Below, in pieces: positions 42,499 to 54,157 of a stretch of DNA of 64,000 nt. Each line of letters starts with the position of its first letter. The stretch's first letter is position 1. Source of the DNA: Tetramitus jugosus (Eukaryota; Protista; Heterolobosea); the NCBI GenBank assembly GCA_937625935.1, contig OW569349.1, forward strand, positions 434,001 through 498,000, in the 5' to 3' direction. The notes under the pieces are model-generated. The model did no database searches. It saw only the letters and a program-made list of their open reading frames with translations, and had not been told where the DNA came from. Position numbers and translations under genes: made by a program.

Positions 42499-43845
42499 AT
42501 GATGAGCAATGAAGATGAAACAATATTGTACGTAAACTCTCATAAGACCAACAAAACGAACATCAACTTGTTCAACAGTGGTCAGGACTCTACATCGAGT
42601 AAAGACAGAAAAGCTACAAGACACTTGGAAGCCAGAGATGCCGGCGTTGATTATGCCTCCATCGAACGACAGTTACTCAGTCAATACTTATCACCGATCC
42701 CCAGATCAGGTGATGACTCTAGAAATTCAAGCATACAGGCAATGCAAAATGCTGTCTCAAGAGATCTACTACATTCTTTGCAAGCCGAGGGGGTGACAGA
42801 AGAAGAAGAAGGATTAACACACCTAATATCTGATCTGGAGCAGCAATTAGAATCAGCACAAAGGACAACAACTCGTTCTTCTTATCAACCCCAAGTTAGA
42901 AGTGTAACTGGAAATAGCAACACATCTGGTAATGGAGCTGAACTATCGGCGTCAGATAGTCGAGATAACGCTCTGTTAAAGACTCAGAAGACTGATATCG
43001 GAGTGATCAAGAAGGAGTTGAGAGTATCCATTGAAGCGGAAGATGATTCGTCTCCCTTCCACAATACTACTAGTAGCATGGAGGAGATCTCCTCATATCA
43101 CAAGAGTTACTACAGCGATCCAGAGAGTAAGTTGGTTATTCTTTCAGAAAAGTATCAACACCTTGAGTCTCAAATCCATGTCCTAAGAGCAAAGTTATCA
43201 GACGTAATATCAACCGAGGAACGTAATCGAGCGATAGCTAAACATAAATTAGAACGGATTAAAAGGAAGAAAGAGAAGACAGATGATTGGATTTTATCTA
43301 TTGTTACGAATTATGAACAAGAGATAGAAAGGATAACAGAACGATTGAAGAAGCTCAATCCTTATAGTACTCAAATATTCTCCCTATCTGAAAAGTTAGG
43401 TGTTGGAGAAGAAGAAGTAGAAGAGAGTATTGACCAATTGAGCCAAGTAGTAAACACTGCAGTGCCCAAAATGCAACAGTTCATACAAGATATTTGCCAA
43501 ACGATACAAAATCACAGCCAGGATAAAACCGAAATCACTCCAAAAGATGTGGTCACGATCATCGAGTCTTTGTACAATACCAAAAAGGTTGATCATCAGT
43601 CAGAAGAGGAAACCAATACAGTTGAACTAAGTGATAATGATCCCGCTGTCACTCATTTTATGAAACTATTCGGATTAACAGGTCCAGATCAAGTTAAACC
43701 CAAGATGAATGCCCTATTCATGTACACATCCCAGGCGAAACATTATCTTCAAACAATAACGAAAATACTGTCATATGATTCTGATGTCATGTCTAATGAG
43801 GATAAGGTGAATAATTGCAAGAAGTTACTCTCCGAATGGAAATAA
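42499..43845 (+). CDS. Coiled-coil protein with CEP70-like C-terminal motif
   Basis: C-terminal HFMKLFG...VKPKMNALF resembles CEP70 HFQKLFD...VYPRMNEVY; central coiled coil. Confidence 0.55.
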   Translation: MMSNEDETILYVNSHKTNKTNINLFNSGQDSTSSKDRKATRHLEARDAGVDYASIERQLLSQYLSPIPRSGDDSRNSSIQAMQNAVSRDLLHSLQAEGVTEEEEGLTHLISDLEQQLESAQRTTTRSSYQPQVRSVTGNSNTSGNGAELSASDSRDNALLKTQKTDIGVIKKELRVSIEAEDDSSPFHNTTSSMEEISSYHKSYYSDPESKLVILSEKYQHLESQIHVLRAKLSDVISTEERNRAIAKHKLERIKRKKEKTDDWILSIVTNYEQEIERITERLKKLNPYSTQIFSLSEKLGVGEEEVEESIDQLSQVVNTAVPKMQQFIQDICQTIQNHSQDKTEITPKDVVTIIESLYNTKKVDHQSEEETNTVELSDNDPAVTHFMKLFGLTGPDQVKPKMNALFMYTSQAKHYLQTITKILSYDSDVMSNEDKVNNCKKLLSEWK

Positions 43846-43876
43846 TCAAGCCGAATATAAAAGACAACTAGTTTCA

Positions 43877-44938
43877 CTACCATCTCGTTGGTTTTATTCC
43901 CACGACGTGAATATCAGGTCTATCATCCTTATCTCTCGCATATGCGAGCAGATATTCCTCTGGATGCCAACTTAATGCATTGACGCCTGTACCAACCGAA
44001 TACTCATACACTCTTTCACCAGTTTCCACATGGGAAACATCAATAACCTTTTCTTCGCTCGCATGAGCAATCAATTGACCATCAAAACTGAAACTAACTG
44101 TTCTAATTGGATGCTCCATTCTTCCTATCGTATTCATACAAATCATATCCGGTAGAGACCATATACTGACCATGGCATCCGCTGATCCCACAGCAAAGTA
44201 CTTGCCAGTCGGATCAAGATCAATGCAATAAATACCACTCGTATGCGCGCATATACTTCTCGCAAGCGTCCACGGTATCGAATCTTTGAGTGGAGGTGCA
44301 GCGTCAATCACCTCTGGAATATATCGATTTACTTCAATGGTTCCCAATCCAGTACACATGAGCAACAATCGTCCAGAGTGATCCCACTTGACTTCATTCA
44401 CCTCATGTCTGTACTGCACCTTTGAAACAACCTTGTGTTTTCTCACGTCAATCACACTAATAATATCCTGCTTATTGCCCACAATAATATGACTTCCATC
44501 TCTCTTCCAACACAGATTGATATTCTCACCTTCTGTACTAATCTTGTGCGTGCACTTTTTCATTCTACAGTCCCATATGCGAACAGACTTGTCTGATGAT
44601 GCCGTGGCCAACTGGAGCCTTGATTGAATCTGAGTTGGATTGAACGCCAATTGATAAATGCGTTCCGTGTGACCCAACAATTCAACATCACTCACAGAGG
44701 TACCTGCTTGAGTGACGGACCATATCCTAGCACTACAATCGTCGCTTCCAGTGGCTAGCTTGTTGTTGGTGCCTGGTGCCCAAACGAGGCATCGAGCCAC
44801 TTTTTTGTGACCACGGAGTTCCTTGGAGAAGGTGTTGGCCTTTTGAGCAAACAATTGTTGGAATTGAGAGAGTTGTTGTTGGTTGTTGGTTGTAGTAGTT
44901 GTTGTTGTTGTTGTTGGAAGGAGTGGATTGGGATTCAT
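43877..44938 (-). CDS. THOC3: THO complex subunit 3 / Tex1 (WD40)
   Basis: ELLGHT, ATASSDKSVRIWD, TEGENINLCW, VGNKQD, EVNE..W, LDPTGKYFAVGSADAMVSIW, RTVSFSFDG, ASEE..IDV. Confidence 0.9.
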   Translation of the reverse strand: MNPNPLLPTTTTTTTTTNNQQQLSQFQQLFAQKANTFSKELRGHKKVARCLVWAPGTNNKLATGSDDCSARIWSVTQAGTSVSDVELLGHTERIYQLAFNPTQIQSRLQLATASSDKSVRIWDCRMKKCTHKISTEGENINLCWKRDGSHIIVGNKQDIISVIDVRKHKVVSKVQYRHEVNEVKWDHSGRLLLMCTGLGTIEVNRYIPEVIDAAPPLKDSIPWTLARSICAHTSGIYCIDLDPTGKYFAVGSADAMVSIWSLPDMICMNTIGRMEHPIRTVSFSFDGQLIAHASEEKVIDVSHVETGERVYEYSVGTGVNALSWHPEEYLLAYARDKDDRPDIHVVGIKPTRW

Positions 44939-45044
44939 CGTGTCTGTCTGTGTGGGTGGTTGTTGGACCTTGTGTGCCGTTTTCAATTGTCAGGGAAAAA
45001 AGTTGTTTTCTGGTGTGGTTGAAGGATGCACAAGATCAAATTTT

Positions 45045-45052
45045 TTTCGCGC
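45045..45052. promoter_or_regulatory. E2F-like motif TTTCGCGC in the THOC3/TMEM237 divergent promoter
   Basis: Exact TTTCGCGC about 45 nt upstream of the ATG at 45097. Confidence 0.35.
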
Positions 45053-45096
45053 GTCAGCCAAAAAATCTTTACAGATAAAAGTCAGATGAACAAAAC

Positions 45097-46683
45097 ATGT
45101 CAGATAATAGTGACAAGATGGAAGTGATTGAACCTCCAGTCGTAAGAAGAGAAGAAACCGAACCAGAGAATGTGATTGGACCTCTAGAAGTTGAGAGAAA
45201 AAGAAAGGTGCGTCGAACATTACCGAAGCTCCAAACAGTTTCCCTCGAGGATCGAATCTCAGAGAACCAAGCTGATGAAAGTAAAAGTAAAGTCGAAGTA
45301 TCATCATCGACGAACAATACTCTCAAGAGAAGGAAGAAGAAAAGGATGAAACCAATTCCGTCAGAGTCGCCCGCTGACAATACTGAACATCCGATAGCCT
45401 CCGTTTCGCAAAAGTTGGATTCCAGTAGTTCCGAGGCACCTATTCCACCAACAGGTACAGTGACTATTGCCGAAAATCAAGTGAAAAAGGAGGGAAAGAA
45501 AAGTAAAGAAAAGGAGAAGCAAACAAGAAATCAAGTTGAAGAACAGATCAGTCACTACGAGCAAATTGACGAAGATGATTTTATCCAAGCTACAATCGAA
45601 GAAGCGAATGACACGAACCAGGTAGATACCAACACCGAACTGAGCTCGGAAGAAGACACGATTCACAAGAAGGACGTTCAAAGGTTTTGGTCGAAAAACT
45701 CTGCCCAGAAAGGAGTGTTCGTAGAAAACCCAATCAGTGGTCAATTCTATCGGGTAACAAACATGTATGAAGCAAAAGATGAGATAGGGGGACTGGGTGA
45801 GATGAGCGAAGATGTAGTGATGGGTGATGATGTACATCGGTTGAACAACAGAATTCAGAAAGCTGTGACAGATCTACATTCAACATTCCGAATGATTGTA
45901 TTTTCTATCGAGGGATTAGTAGCTGGAGTAAGCTTCATTCTCCTTGTGTTATCTTTTACGACTTCTCCTGTGGACAGAGCGCATTTCGCCTCTTGGTTCT
46001 CTCCAATAGCGGGGTGGATTGAGAAGTTGTTCCACATATCTTCTTCGATTGGAATAGTTAGCTCTCTCTATATGTTCATCAATGAATGGATACCAGTTAG
46101 TAAGAAGGGAAACGTGATGAATTTCTTTAGTTTCTTCTCAACGATGCCCGTTGCGAAGTTGAGTACACTTGAGAATGAAGTCATGTTGGCCAGGTTTAGG
46201 AACAGGAAGAGTGAGGAACGATCACTACAGAGGATCAAACACATCACAAGAACTATACTAGGTGCTCAATTTGTGCTTTACTCCATAGGATTTTATATGG
46301 TGCTTGGCAATTTAGTGCAAGAAGATTACTTTTCAGTTAAATACTCTAGAAAGAAAGAATGGTATGTTGAGTTCAGTAAGAAACCATCAGATAAGAGTTC
46401 GAGGGAATTCAATAAGAGGATCACTACATGGTACGTACTGAACACAATCAGGTGTGTTTGTATGATCGCAGCTTGGATCTTGTCTCTGATATGCATGAGA
46501 ATCAACCGCCAACTTCAAACGGACGAGGAATGCAACCTCCACAACCTTCAATCAGAGTACGATAGCAAGCTGGAGCATCTATTTCAACTTGAGCAACATA
46601 TTCGAGTGAGAGAGGAAGAAGATGCATACAATTATTCCCTGAATGCCTTCCCTACAATGAATCTTTCAAGGAAAGTTGTATAG
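45097..46683 (+). CDS. TMEM237: TMEM237-like ciliary transition-zone membrane protein
   Basis: Charged disordered N-terminus, VFVE motif, then four TM segments starting FRMIVFSIEGLVAG. Confidence 0.62.
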   Translation: MSDNSDKMEVIEPPVVRREETEPENVIGPLEVERKRKVRRTLPKLQTVSLEDRISENQADESKSKVEVSSSTNNTLKRRKKKRMKPIPSESPADNTEHPIASVSQKLDSSSSEAPIPPTGTVTIAENQVKKEGKKSKEKEKQTRNQVEEQISHYEQIDEDDFIQATIEEANDTNQVDTNTELSSEEDTIHKKDVQRFWSKNSAQKGVFVENPISGQFYRVTNMYEAKDEIGGLGEMSEDVVMGDDVHRLNNRIQKAVTDLHSTFRMIVFSIEGLVAGVSFILLVLSFTTSPVDRAHFASWFSPIAGWIEKLFHISSSIGIVSSLYMFINEWIPVSKKGNVMNFFSFFSTMPVAKLSTLENEVMLARFRNRKSEERSLQRIKHITRTILGAQFVLYSIGFYMVLGNLVQEDYFSVKYSRKKEWYVEFSKKPSDKSSREFNKRITTWYVLNTIRCVCMIAAWILSLICMRINRQLQTDEECNLHNLQSEYDSKLEHLFQLEQHIRVREEEDAYNYSLNAFPTMNLSRKVV

Positions 46684-46905
46684 GACGCAACTGGAAACGC
46701 AAGGCGCATTTTTATTTGCAGGAATCAATTCTGTTTGCGCAGGTAGGAGAAATAAGTTTACAATCAACTTCGAGATTGAATTTCGCACAAAAGTACCATA
46801 ATCGCGACACTATTTATTTCACACAACGATTTCACTACCGACACAAAAAAACACATCAAACAAACACACACATTACACACACACACACACACATACAAAA
46901 AAAAC

Positions 46906-48120
46906 ATGGAAGCATCAAATTACGATACTATTGAAGTGATCGACGAGAAGGGAGAATCAGGCAAGAGATATGACGACAGAGAAATTAAGGACTTTGACGA
47001 TATGGAGTTGAAGGAAGAATTGTTGAGAGGTATCTACGCCTATGGTTTTGAAAAACCATCCAAGATTCAACAACGTGCCGTCTTGCCAATCACCACCTCC
47101 CAACCACCAGCTGACGTCATTGGTCAAGCTCAATCAGGTACTGGAAAGACCGCCACCTTTACCATCTCTTTGTTGCAAAGAATTGATACCACCAAGAATG
47201 AACTCCAAGGTCTCGTCTTGGCCCCAACCAGAGAGTTGGCTCAACAAATCCACAAGGTCATCTTGGCTTTGGGAGAGTACTTGAAGATCAAGGTTCACGC
47301 TTGCGTTGGTGGAACCAACGTTCAAGAAGATATGGCCATCTTGAAGTCTGGTGTCCACATTATTGTTGGTACCCCTGGTCGTGTCTACCACATGATCTCT
47401 GAAGAGATTTTGAACCCTGACACTGTCAAGATGTTGGTCATTGATGAAGCCGATGAGATGTTGTCTCGTGGTTTCAAGGAACAAATCTATGCCATCTTCA
47501 AGTGCTTGCCAGAAGACATGCAAGTCTGCTTGTTCTCTGCCACTATGCCACCAGAGGTCTTGGACATTACTCAAAAGTTTATGAGAGAACCAATCAGAAT
47601 CTTGGTCAAGAAGGAAGAATTGACCTTGGAAGGTATTAGACAATTCTACGTTGGTGTTCAACAAGAAGACTGGAAGTTGGAGACCTTGTGCGACTTGTAC
47701 AAGACTTTGACCATTACCCAATGTGTCATCTTCTGTAAGTCCAAGCAAAAGGTTGAATGGTTGGCCAAGGCAATGAATGAGAGAAACTTTACTGTCTCTG
47801 CTATGCACGGTGACATGAAGCCTGATCAAAGAGAGTTGATCATGAAGGAATTCAGATCTGGTTCCTCTAGAGTCTTGATCACAACTGACTTGTTGGCTCG
47901 TGGTATCGATGTCCATCACGTCTCCTTGGTCATCAACTATGACTTGCCAAGACACAAGGAAAATTACTTGCACAGAATTGGTAGATCCGGTCGTTATGGT
48001 AGAAAGGGTGTTGCCATCAACTTTGTCTCCAGAGACGACGTCCGTATCATGAGAGAAATTGAGAGATTCTACAATACTCAAATCGAAGAGATGCCTGAGG
48101 ATGTTGCCAATCTGCTCTAA
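46906..48120 (+). CDS. EIF4A: Translation initiation factor eIF4A (DEAD-box helicase)
   Basis: [48 protein letters not shown]; strong high-expression codon bias. Confidence 0.97.
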   Translation: MEASNYDTIEVIDEKGESGKRYDDREIKDFDDMELKEELLRGIYAYGFEKPSKIQQRAVLPITTSQPPADVIGQAQSGTGKTATFTISLLQRIDTTKNELQGLVLAPTRELAQQIHKVILALGEYLKIKVHACVGGTNVQEDMAILKSGVHIIVGTPGRVYHMISEEILNPDTVKMLVIDEADEMLSRGFKEQIYAIFKCLPEDMQVCLFSATMPPEVLDITQKFMREPIRILVKKEELTLEGIRQFYVGVQQEDWKLETLCDLYKTLTITQCVIFCKSKQKVEWLAKAMNERNFTVSAMHGDMKPDQRELIMKEFRSGSSRVLITTDLLARGIDVHHVSLVINYDLPRHKENYLHRIGRSGRYGRKGVAINFVSRDDVRIMREIERFYNTQIEEMPEDVANLL

Positions 48121-48339
48121 GCTAGATTATAAAGTTGTGATCGTTGTACGATCTCACAACACCTGAAACAACTCGCCCCTGTGATCTGTTTCAACCAAAA
48201 ACCCAAACGTGAGTTCATCAATTCTTTGAAAGTTTTCAGGCAGCGATCTGATACTGCTGATATTCAAAATTGAGTGCACTCGCATTCCCTTCATAAATGA
48301 CAACAAAATCATTACTATTACATAATAATTTATTCTTGT

Positions 48340-50520
48340 TTATTGTTTATTCAATCTTTCTTCAAGACCAGCAAGTTGTTGCAGTAGCTCTTTTGGGACT
48401 GACTCACCCTTCAAATCAGAGGTATAAAATTCTCGAATTGCCTCTACTTCATTCTTCCATTCATCCGGATTGATTGCGAACAAAGTACGGAGAGTGTGAT
48501 GATCAACTCCTTCCAAGCCTGAGATGTCAACTGCGTTAGCAGAAGGAATAAATCCGATGGGAGATCTCTTGGCAATTCCACTCTCGGCCACAGGTTCTGA
48601 AGTTCTATTGAAGATCCATTGCAGCACTCGAATATTGTCACCAAATCCAGGCCAGATGAATCTTCCTTGTTCATCCTTTCTGAACCAGTTAACAAAGAAC
48701 AACTTTGGAGAAGTGTGTTCTTCACTGTTCTTATTCATTCTTATCCAATGTGAAAAGTAATCAGCGACATTGTATCCAATAAATGGTTTCATAGCAAATG
48801 GGTCAGCTCTCAACTTGTTATTTTCAGAAGCGGAAGTTGGCTCTGAGAACATAGAAGATCCCAAGAAGACTCCATGATTCCAGTCGAATGCTTGATAAAC
48901 GAGAGGAATCGTGTTGTATCTTCTTCCACCGAACAAGATGGCATCGATTGGTACTCCAGATGGATTCTCCCAATTTTCATCAACAATTGGACATTGTGAG
49001 ATAGGGGCTGTGAATCTAGCATTTCCATGTGCAGCGGTCATTTTGTTTCCATTCTTATCGACTTGACCTGACTTGAATGGTTGACCTCTCCAATCGATCA
49101 AATTCTCTGGAACTTCTTTCGTCATTCCTTCCCACCAAACGTCTCCATCAGCAGTCATGGCAACATTAGTAAAGATGGAGTTCTTTGAGATTGCAGCCAT
49201 GGCATTTGGATTCGTAGTTTCGCTAGTTCCTGGCGCAACACCAAAGAATCCACTCTCTGGGTTGATTGCGTACAGTCGACCGTCCTTTGGATTTCTCTTG
49301 AACCATGCAATATCGTCACCGACACATTCGATCTTCCAACCAGGTAGAGTTGGAGTCAACATTGCCAAGTTTGTCTTTCCACACGCGGATGGGAAACTTG
49401 CTGCAACATATTTCTTGATTCCTTGTGGATTTGTAATACCAAGGATCAACATGTGTTCAGCCAACCATCCTTCATCCTTTGCCATGGCACTGGCAATTCT
49501 CAAAGCTAGACACTTTTTACCCAATAGAGCATTGCCACCATAGCCAGAACCAAATGACCAGATAGATCTCTCTTCTGGGAAGTGAACAATATACTTTTCG
49601 TCATTACATGGCCATGGCTTATCAGGAACAGACACAACTTCTCCAAATTCACCTTCTTGCCTCAACAATGGATAACCCACAGTGTGATGGCATGGAACAA
49701 AATTCTTTCCAGTTTTGTTCAATACCTCCCAGATCTGACTTCCCATTCTAGTCATAATTCTCATACTGGCAACAACATAGGGAGAGTCTGTTACCTGAAT
49801 TCCGATTTGAGAAATGTGAGAGTCCAGAGGTCCCATACAGAATGGAACCACATACATGGTTCTACCTCTCATGCTTCCCTTGAACAACTTGTAAAGCCTT
49901 TGCTTCATAATGGTTGGATTTTCCCAATTGTTAGTTGGTCCGGCATCTTCTTTTCTTTCCGAGCAGATGAACGTTCTGCCTTCTACACGTGCCACATCTG
50001 CTGGATCTGATCGAGCCAAGTAAGAGTTTGGTCTCAATTCATCATTGAGCTTAATTAAAGTCTTCTTTTGAACCATCTCCTGAATCAGAATATCATTTTC
50101 TTCTTGAGTTCCAGAGATGATGTGGATGTGATCTGGATCGCACTGTTCAACACACTCTCTGACCCACATTTGAACTTCGAGAGGTACCTTGTACTTTTCA
50201 AACTGTTCTCTCATTTCAAGGTCTCTAGTCAACTTGCTCTTTTGTGGGTGAGCTACGTGATGCAACTTTGGTTTTTTGTTCATGGATGCATAGTTGGCAG
50301 AGTTGATCAACACTTGTGTGAGCACTGATGAATCAATCTTGGTGGCTGATTCCACTTGAGCATTCATCTCTTCTCTCTTCACCACTGATACGCCAAAGGA
50401 TGAGGTAGGAGTCGGTGGAGAGCGTGGAGAAACAGATGGGGAGGTCCTAGAGGCCAATGTTTGAGCAGGAGCAAACTTGCGAGCTGAAGTGGAGGATACA
50501 CGATTTACAAAATTTCTCAT
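48340..50520 (-). CDS. PCK: Phosphoenolpyruvate carboxykinase (GTP), with presequence-like N-extension
   Basis: [61 protein letters not shown]. Confidence 0.97.
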   Translation of the reverse strand: MRNFVNRVSSTSARKFAPAQTLASRTSPSVSPRSPPTPTSSFGVSVVKREEMNAQVESATKIDSSVLTQVLINSANYASMNKKPKLHHVAHPQKSKLTRDLEMREQFEKYKVPLEVQMWVRECVEQCDPDHIHIISGTQEENDILIQEMVQKKTLIKLNDELRPNSYLARSDPADVARVEGRTFICSERKEDAGPTNNWENPTIMKQRLYKLFKGSMRGRTMYVVPFCMGPLDSHISQIGIQVTDSPYVVASMRIMTRMGSQIWEVLNKTGKNFVPCHHTVGYPLLRQEGEFGEVVSVPDKPWPCNDEKYIVHFPEERSIWSFGSGYGGNALLGKKCLALRIASAMAKDEGWLAEHMLILGITNPQGIKKYVAASFPSACGKTNLAMLTPTLPGWKIECVGDDIAWFKRNPKDGRLYAINPESGFFGVAPGTSETTNPNAMAAISKNSIFTNVAMTADGDVWWEGMTKEVPENLIDWRGQPFKSGQVDKNGNKMTAAHGNARFTAPISQCPIVDENWENPSGVPIDAILFGGRRYNTIPLVYQAFDWNHGVFLGSSMFSEPTSASENNKLRADPFAMKPFIGYNVADYFSHWIRMNKNSEEHTSPKLFFVNWFRKDEQGRFIWPGFGDNIRVLQWIFNRTSEPVAESGIAKRSPIGFIPSANAVDISGLEGVDHHTLRTLFAINPDEWKNEVEAIREFYTSDLKGESVPKELLQQLAGLEERLNKQ

Positions 50521-50985
50521 GATGGTTAGATATAGAGATATAGATAAATTATAGCTTATGGGATGGAATGGGGGTAATTAATGATATATATACAAGCCCA
50601 CTGGAGTAGTTGCTTTTGTTTTGTTGTTGTGATGTTGTGTTGTTGTTGGAAAATGATGGACAATCAGGGGAGAGATGGAGCACTGCATTTAAAACGGGTG
50701 TGCAGGTGTTTGTGGTGACCCAGGCGGTGTAATCTGACCCACTGTCTAAAAACAATCTTCCTGTTGATCCCATGGCCAGAGAGTTTGTTTATTCAGTGTC
50801 CATTTTGATTGGTTGTGATTCGAATGATTGACAACGGTCGTTTATAGCTGATGGTCTGTCAAGAGTCCTCTACTGTGCGTCTATTTTCGAAAATGAAAGG
50901 GCGCGTTCGGAGTTGAAAAAAAGTTTCGTGGCGCCAACGAGAGTTTACTGTGCATGATTTCAAAAAAAAGAGAGACTTGCCCAAC

Positions 50986-52179
50986 ATGAACTATCGATTA
51001 AACTCTAGCAGTGATGAAACGAGTATTTCTCTGGACTTGAGCGATGACTATCACACCAGTTATTCAAAGTCCAGTTCTCATCATAATGAGAAAATGTTCT
51101 TTGACCAGCCTGTTACGGTCACCAGAAATGATATTTTAGAACAGTTGAAAGAACTCGGTTATACGAATGTTAGTGATGATATTGTTGAAGAGTTTATTCG
51201 AGAACTTCAATCGTCAGACTCCAATGTCAAGATTGTTGGAGATCACTACTCTTCCACTAGCAGTGTCAGTCAAGAAGGCAATAACAGTAGGAGGAGCAGT
51301 CACCCAAGCAGCAAAGATGTAAATAGTAGCAGCAACATTATCAGCACGATAAGTACAGATAGTCCCTATCGGAGTACTAGAATAATAGAAATTAGTTCCC
51401 CCAGCTCAAGTAGTGGCTATCAAACAAGAGAGACCTATCTATCGGACAGTCCAAAAACTGAAGAGGAAGAAAGTAGTGAGGAAGAGGAGTATGATGAAGA
51501 AGATGAGCAAGAAACGTACGGAGAAGATGAAGAAGGAGAAACAGATCACTCAGAGGAACATGATGAGGAAGAATCTGACGATGACAGTGAGTACGAGGCA
51601 GATAATGAAAATATCTCTTCTGTAGATGCTTTGGGAAAGCGATTGCAAAACTCATTGCGGTATTCTCAACAACATGATTCTAGAGAGGTACCTCGTAGTT
51701 CTTCAATCAATAGGTCTTTGAGGCGTTCGATTGATGATGAAATTCCAGTGAATCGAAGTTATTCTCCACCAAGACTTCCTAAACGATCTTCCAAGCCAGA
51801 CATCCCAAAGGTTAACACTTCGAACCTACAAAGGCCATCGACTCCTCAACCCCAAAAAGCAAATTTTGACAACTCTCCAAGAGAACGAGCTCGACCAAGT
51901 TCTGCATTATCAACTCGATCTCACTCTCAAACACCCAACAGTGCAAGATCGACTGCGCCTAGTTCAGCTCGATCTCAGAGCTCATACTTTGTTCCCAGGC
52001 CGAAATTAACTCCCGTATCATATCGCAAAAAAGTCCATGATCCAGTCTCACGATACCAGCAAATGAACAAAGTATGGACCAAAGATAAGTTTCTCACGAG
52101 TAGTAAGAGTCATCATGGCTCTCTACGGTGGCAAGTTAGAAAAGAGATGGGTGTTATTGCAGGCAACCTCATTCTCTGA
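50986..52179 (+). CDS. HYLS1: HYLS1-like centriolar/ciliogenesis protein
   Basis: C-terminal DPVSRYQQMNKVW...LRWQVRKEM matches the HYLS1 box; N-terminal EQLKELGYTNVSDDIVEEF. Confidence 0.75.
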   Translation: MNYRLNSSSDETSISLDLSDDYHTSYSKSSSHHNEKMFFDQPVTVTRNDILEQLKELGYTNVSDDIVEEFIRELQSSDSNVKIVGDHYSSTSSVSQEGNNSRRSSHPSSKDVNSSSNIISTISTDSPYRSTRIIEISSPSSSSGYQTRETYLSDSPKTEEEESSEEEEYDEEDEQETYGEDEEGETDHSEEHDEEESDDDSEYEADNENISSVDALGKRLQNSLRYSQQHDSREVPRSSSINRSLRRSIDDEIPVNRSYSPPRLPKRSSKPDIPKVNTSNLQRPSTPQPQKANFDNSPRERARPSSALSTRSHSQTPNSARSTAPSSARSQSSYFVPRPKLTPVSYRKKVHDPVSRYQQMNKVWTKDKFLTSSKSHHGSLRWQVRKEMGVIAGNLIL

Positions 52180-52317
52180 GCAAGAAGAATTAACATGTGT
52201 TTACTCGGAAAAACAAGATACACACGTCACTCCCATTTTCTGATTTCCACAACCGTTCACCCGCGCAAATCTTCACAAGAAAACAAATTCTCAAAGCCCT
52301 ACTATTGATATCACAAC

Positions 52318-54121
52318 ATGTTGAACAGAGTTGCACACAACTTGATCACAAAGAGAGCTGCCGTTGCAAGCCTCCAAAGATCCTCCTCCAGTCTCATTTT
52401 TTCCTCTCAACAAGTCAGAGGCAAGGTAAAGTATCATTCATCTGTTGTTGCAGTTTCTGATCAACACATTTTTCAAATCCACTCTCCCTAACACATTTTC
52501 AAAATTTTCGTTACTACAACTACAGTTTGATGCTTCATTGAATCAATCATTGGAGACTGTTGATCCAGAATTGTTTGACATTATTGAGCATGAGAAGCGC
52601 CGTCAATTCACTGGCCTTCAATTGATTCCATCAGAGGTATGTTTTTGTGTTGTAGTTGTTGTGTCATATGTGGTAGTTGCTGTATCATCATCGACAGCAA
52701 TTTCAATTGCAGTTTCTTTGTAGTCGCAGCGATGGATTGATTGCTCATACCTTACATTGTATCTTTGAATGTGTCTTTTTGTGTGTGTGTGTCATGTATG
52801 ATTATAGAATTTCACTAGTGTTGGTGTGTTGAATGCACTTGGTTCCGTCATGCAAAACAAGTACAGTGAGGGATATCCAGGTCAAAGATACTATGGTGGC
52901 AATGAGTTTATCGATATGAGTGAAAGATTGTGCCAATCTCGCGCTTTGAAGGCCTTTGGTTTGAATGAGCAAGAATGGGGTGTCAATGTTCAATGCTTGT
53001 CCGGCTCTCCAGCCAATTTCTATGTTTACAGTGCCTTGTTGAATCCTCATGACCGTATTATGTCACTTGATTTGCCTCATGGTGGTCACTTGTCTCACGG
53101 ATATCAGACTCCAACAAAGAAGATCTCTGCCGTTTCAAAGTTCTTTGAGACTGTGCCATACAGACTGGATGAGAAGACTGGATTGATCAATTATGATCAA
53201 TTGGCTGAAGTCGCAGAGCTGTACAGACCAAAGTTGGTTGTTGTTGGAACTAGTGCTTACTCTAGATTGATTGACTACAAGAGAATGAGAGAGATTTGTG
53301 ATAAGCATGATTCAATTATGTTGGCCGATATGGCTCACATTTCTGGATTGGTTGCTGCTGGTGTTGTCCCATCTCCATTCGAATATTCAGATGTCGTCAC
53401 AACTACCACTCACAAGAGTTTGAGAGGTCCAAGAGGTGCTATGATCTTCTATAGAAAGGGTACTAGATCTGTTGCTGTGCCAGGCAAGAAGGAACCAAAG
53501 ATTTACGATTACAGTGATTATGCCAACAAGATTAACTCTGCTGTTTTCCCTGGTCATCAAGGAGGTCCACATAATCATACTATTTCTGCTTTGGCTGTTG
53601 CATTGAAGCAAGCAGCAAGCCCTGAATTCGTTGAGTATCAGAAGCAAGTTTTGACCAACTGTAAGGCATTGGGAGACAGATTGAACGCACTTGGCTATTC
53701 TTTAGTTTCTGGTGGTACTGATAATCACTTGTTGCTGATTGATTTGAAGCCAAATGGTGTTGATGGTGCAAGAGTTGAGCGTGTTCTTGAGCTCTCCGGA
53801 ATCGCTGCAAATAAGAATACTGTTCCTGGTGATAAGAGTGCTTTGGTACCTGGTGGCCTTCGTATTGGTACTCCTGCTATGACAACCCGTGGTCTCGTTG
53901 AGTCAGATTTTGTTAAGGTTGCTGATTTCATTCATGAAGGTGTCCAAATTACTCAAAGAGTAAAGGAGGCAACCGCAGGCAAGAAATTGAAGGAGTTCAG
54001 CGAGGAGGTTGAAAATAACATGGAAAAGTACGGTGTTGCTCAACTGAAGCAAAAGATTGAACAATTTTGTGTTCAATTCGAGGCTGTTGGTTTTGACAAA
54101 GAAGCCATGAGATACAAGTAA
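52318..54121 (+). CDS. SHMT2: Serine hydroxymethyltransferase, mitochondrial type; exons 52318-52425, 52526-52636, 52808-54121
   Basis: Introns 52426-52525 and 52637-52807 give presequence + LQLIPSE|NFTS. Also [32 protein letters not shown]. Confidence 0.96.
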
Positions 54122-54157
54122 GTTTATAAATTTGGTTTGCATTACTTCACTTGAGTC

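Noticed and set aside
47134-48081. 315-aa antisense ORF over eIF4A (likewise 34259-35122 over CAP and 59941-60774 over the enoyl-CoA isomerase)
   Set aside because: These are shadow ORFs of well-supported genes. Biased sense-strand codon usage removes antisense stops, and the translations have no motifs.
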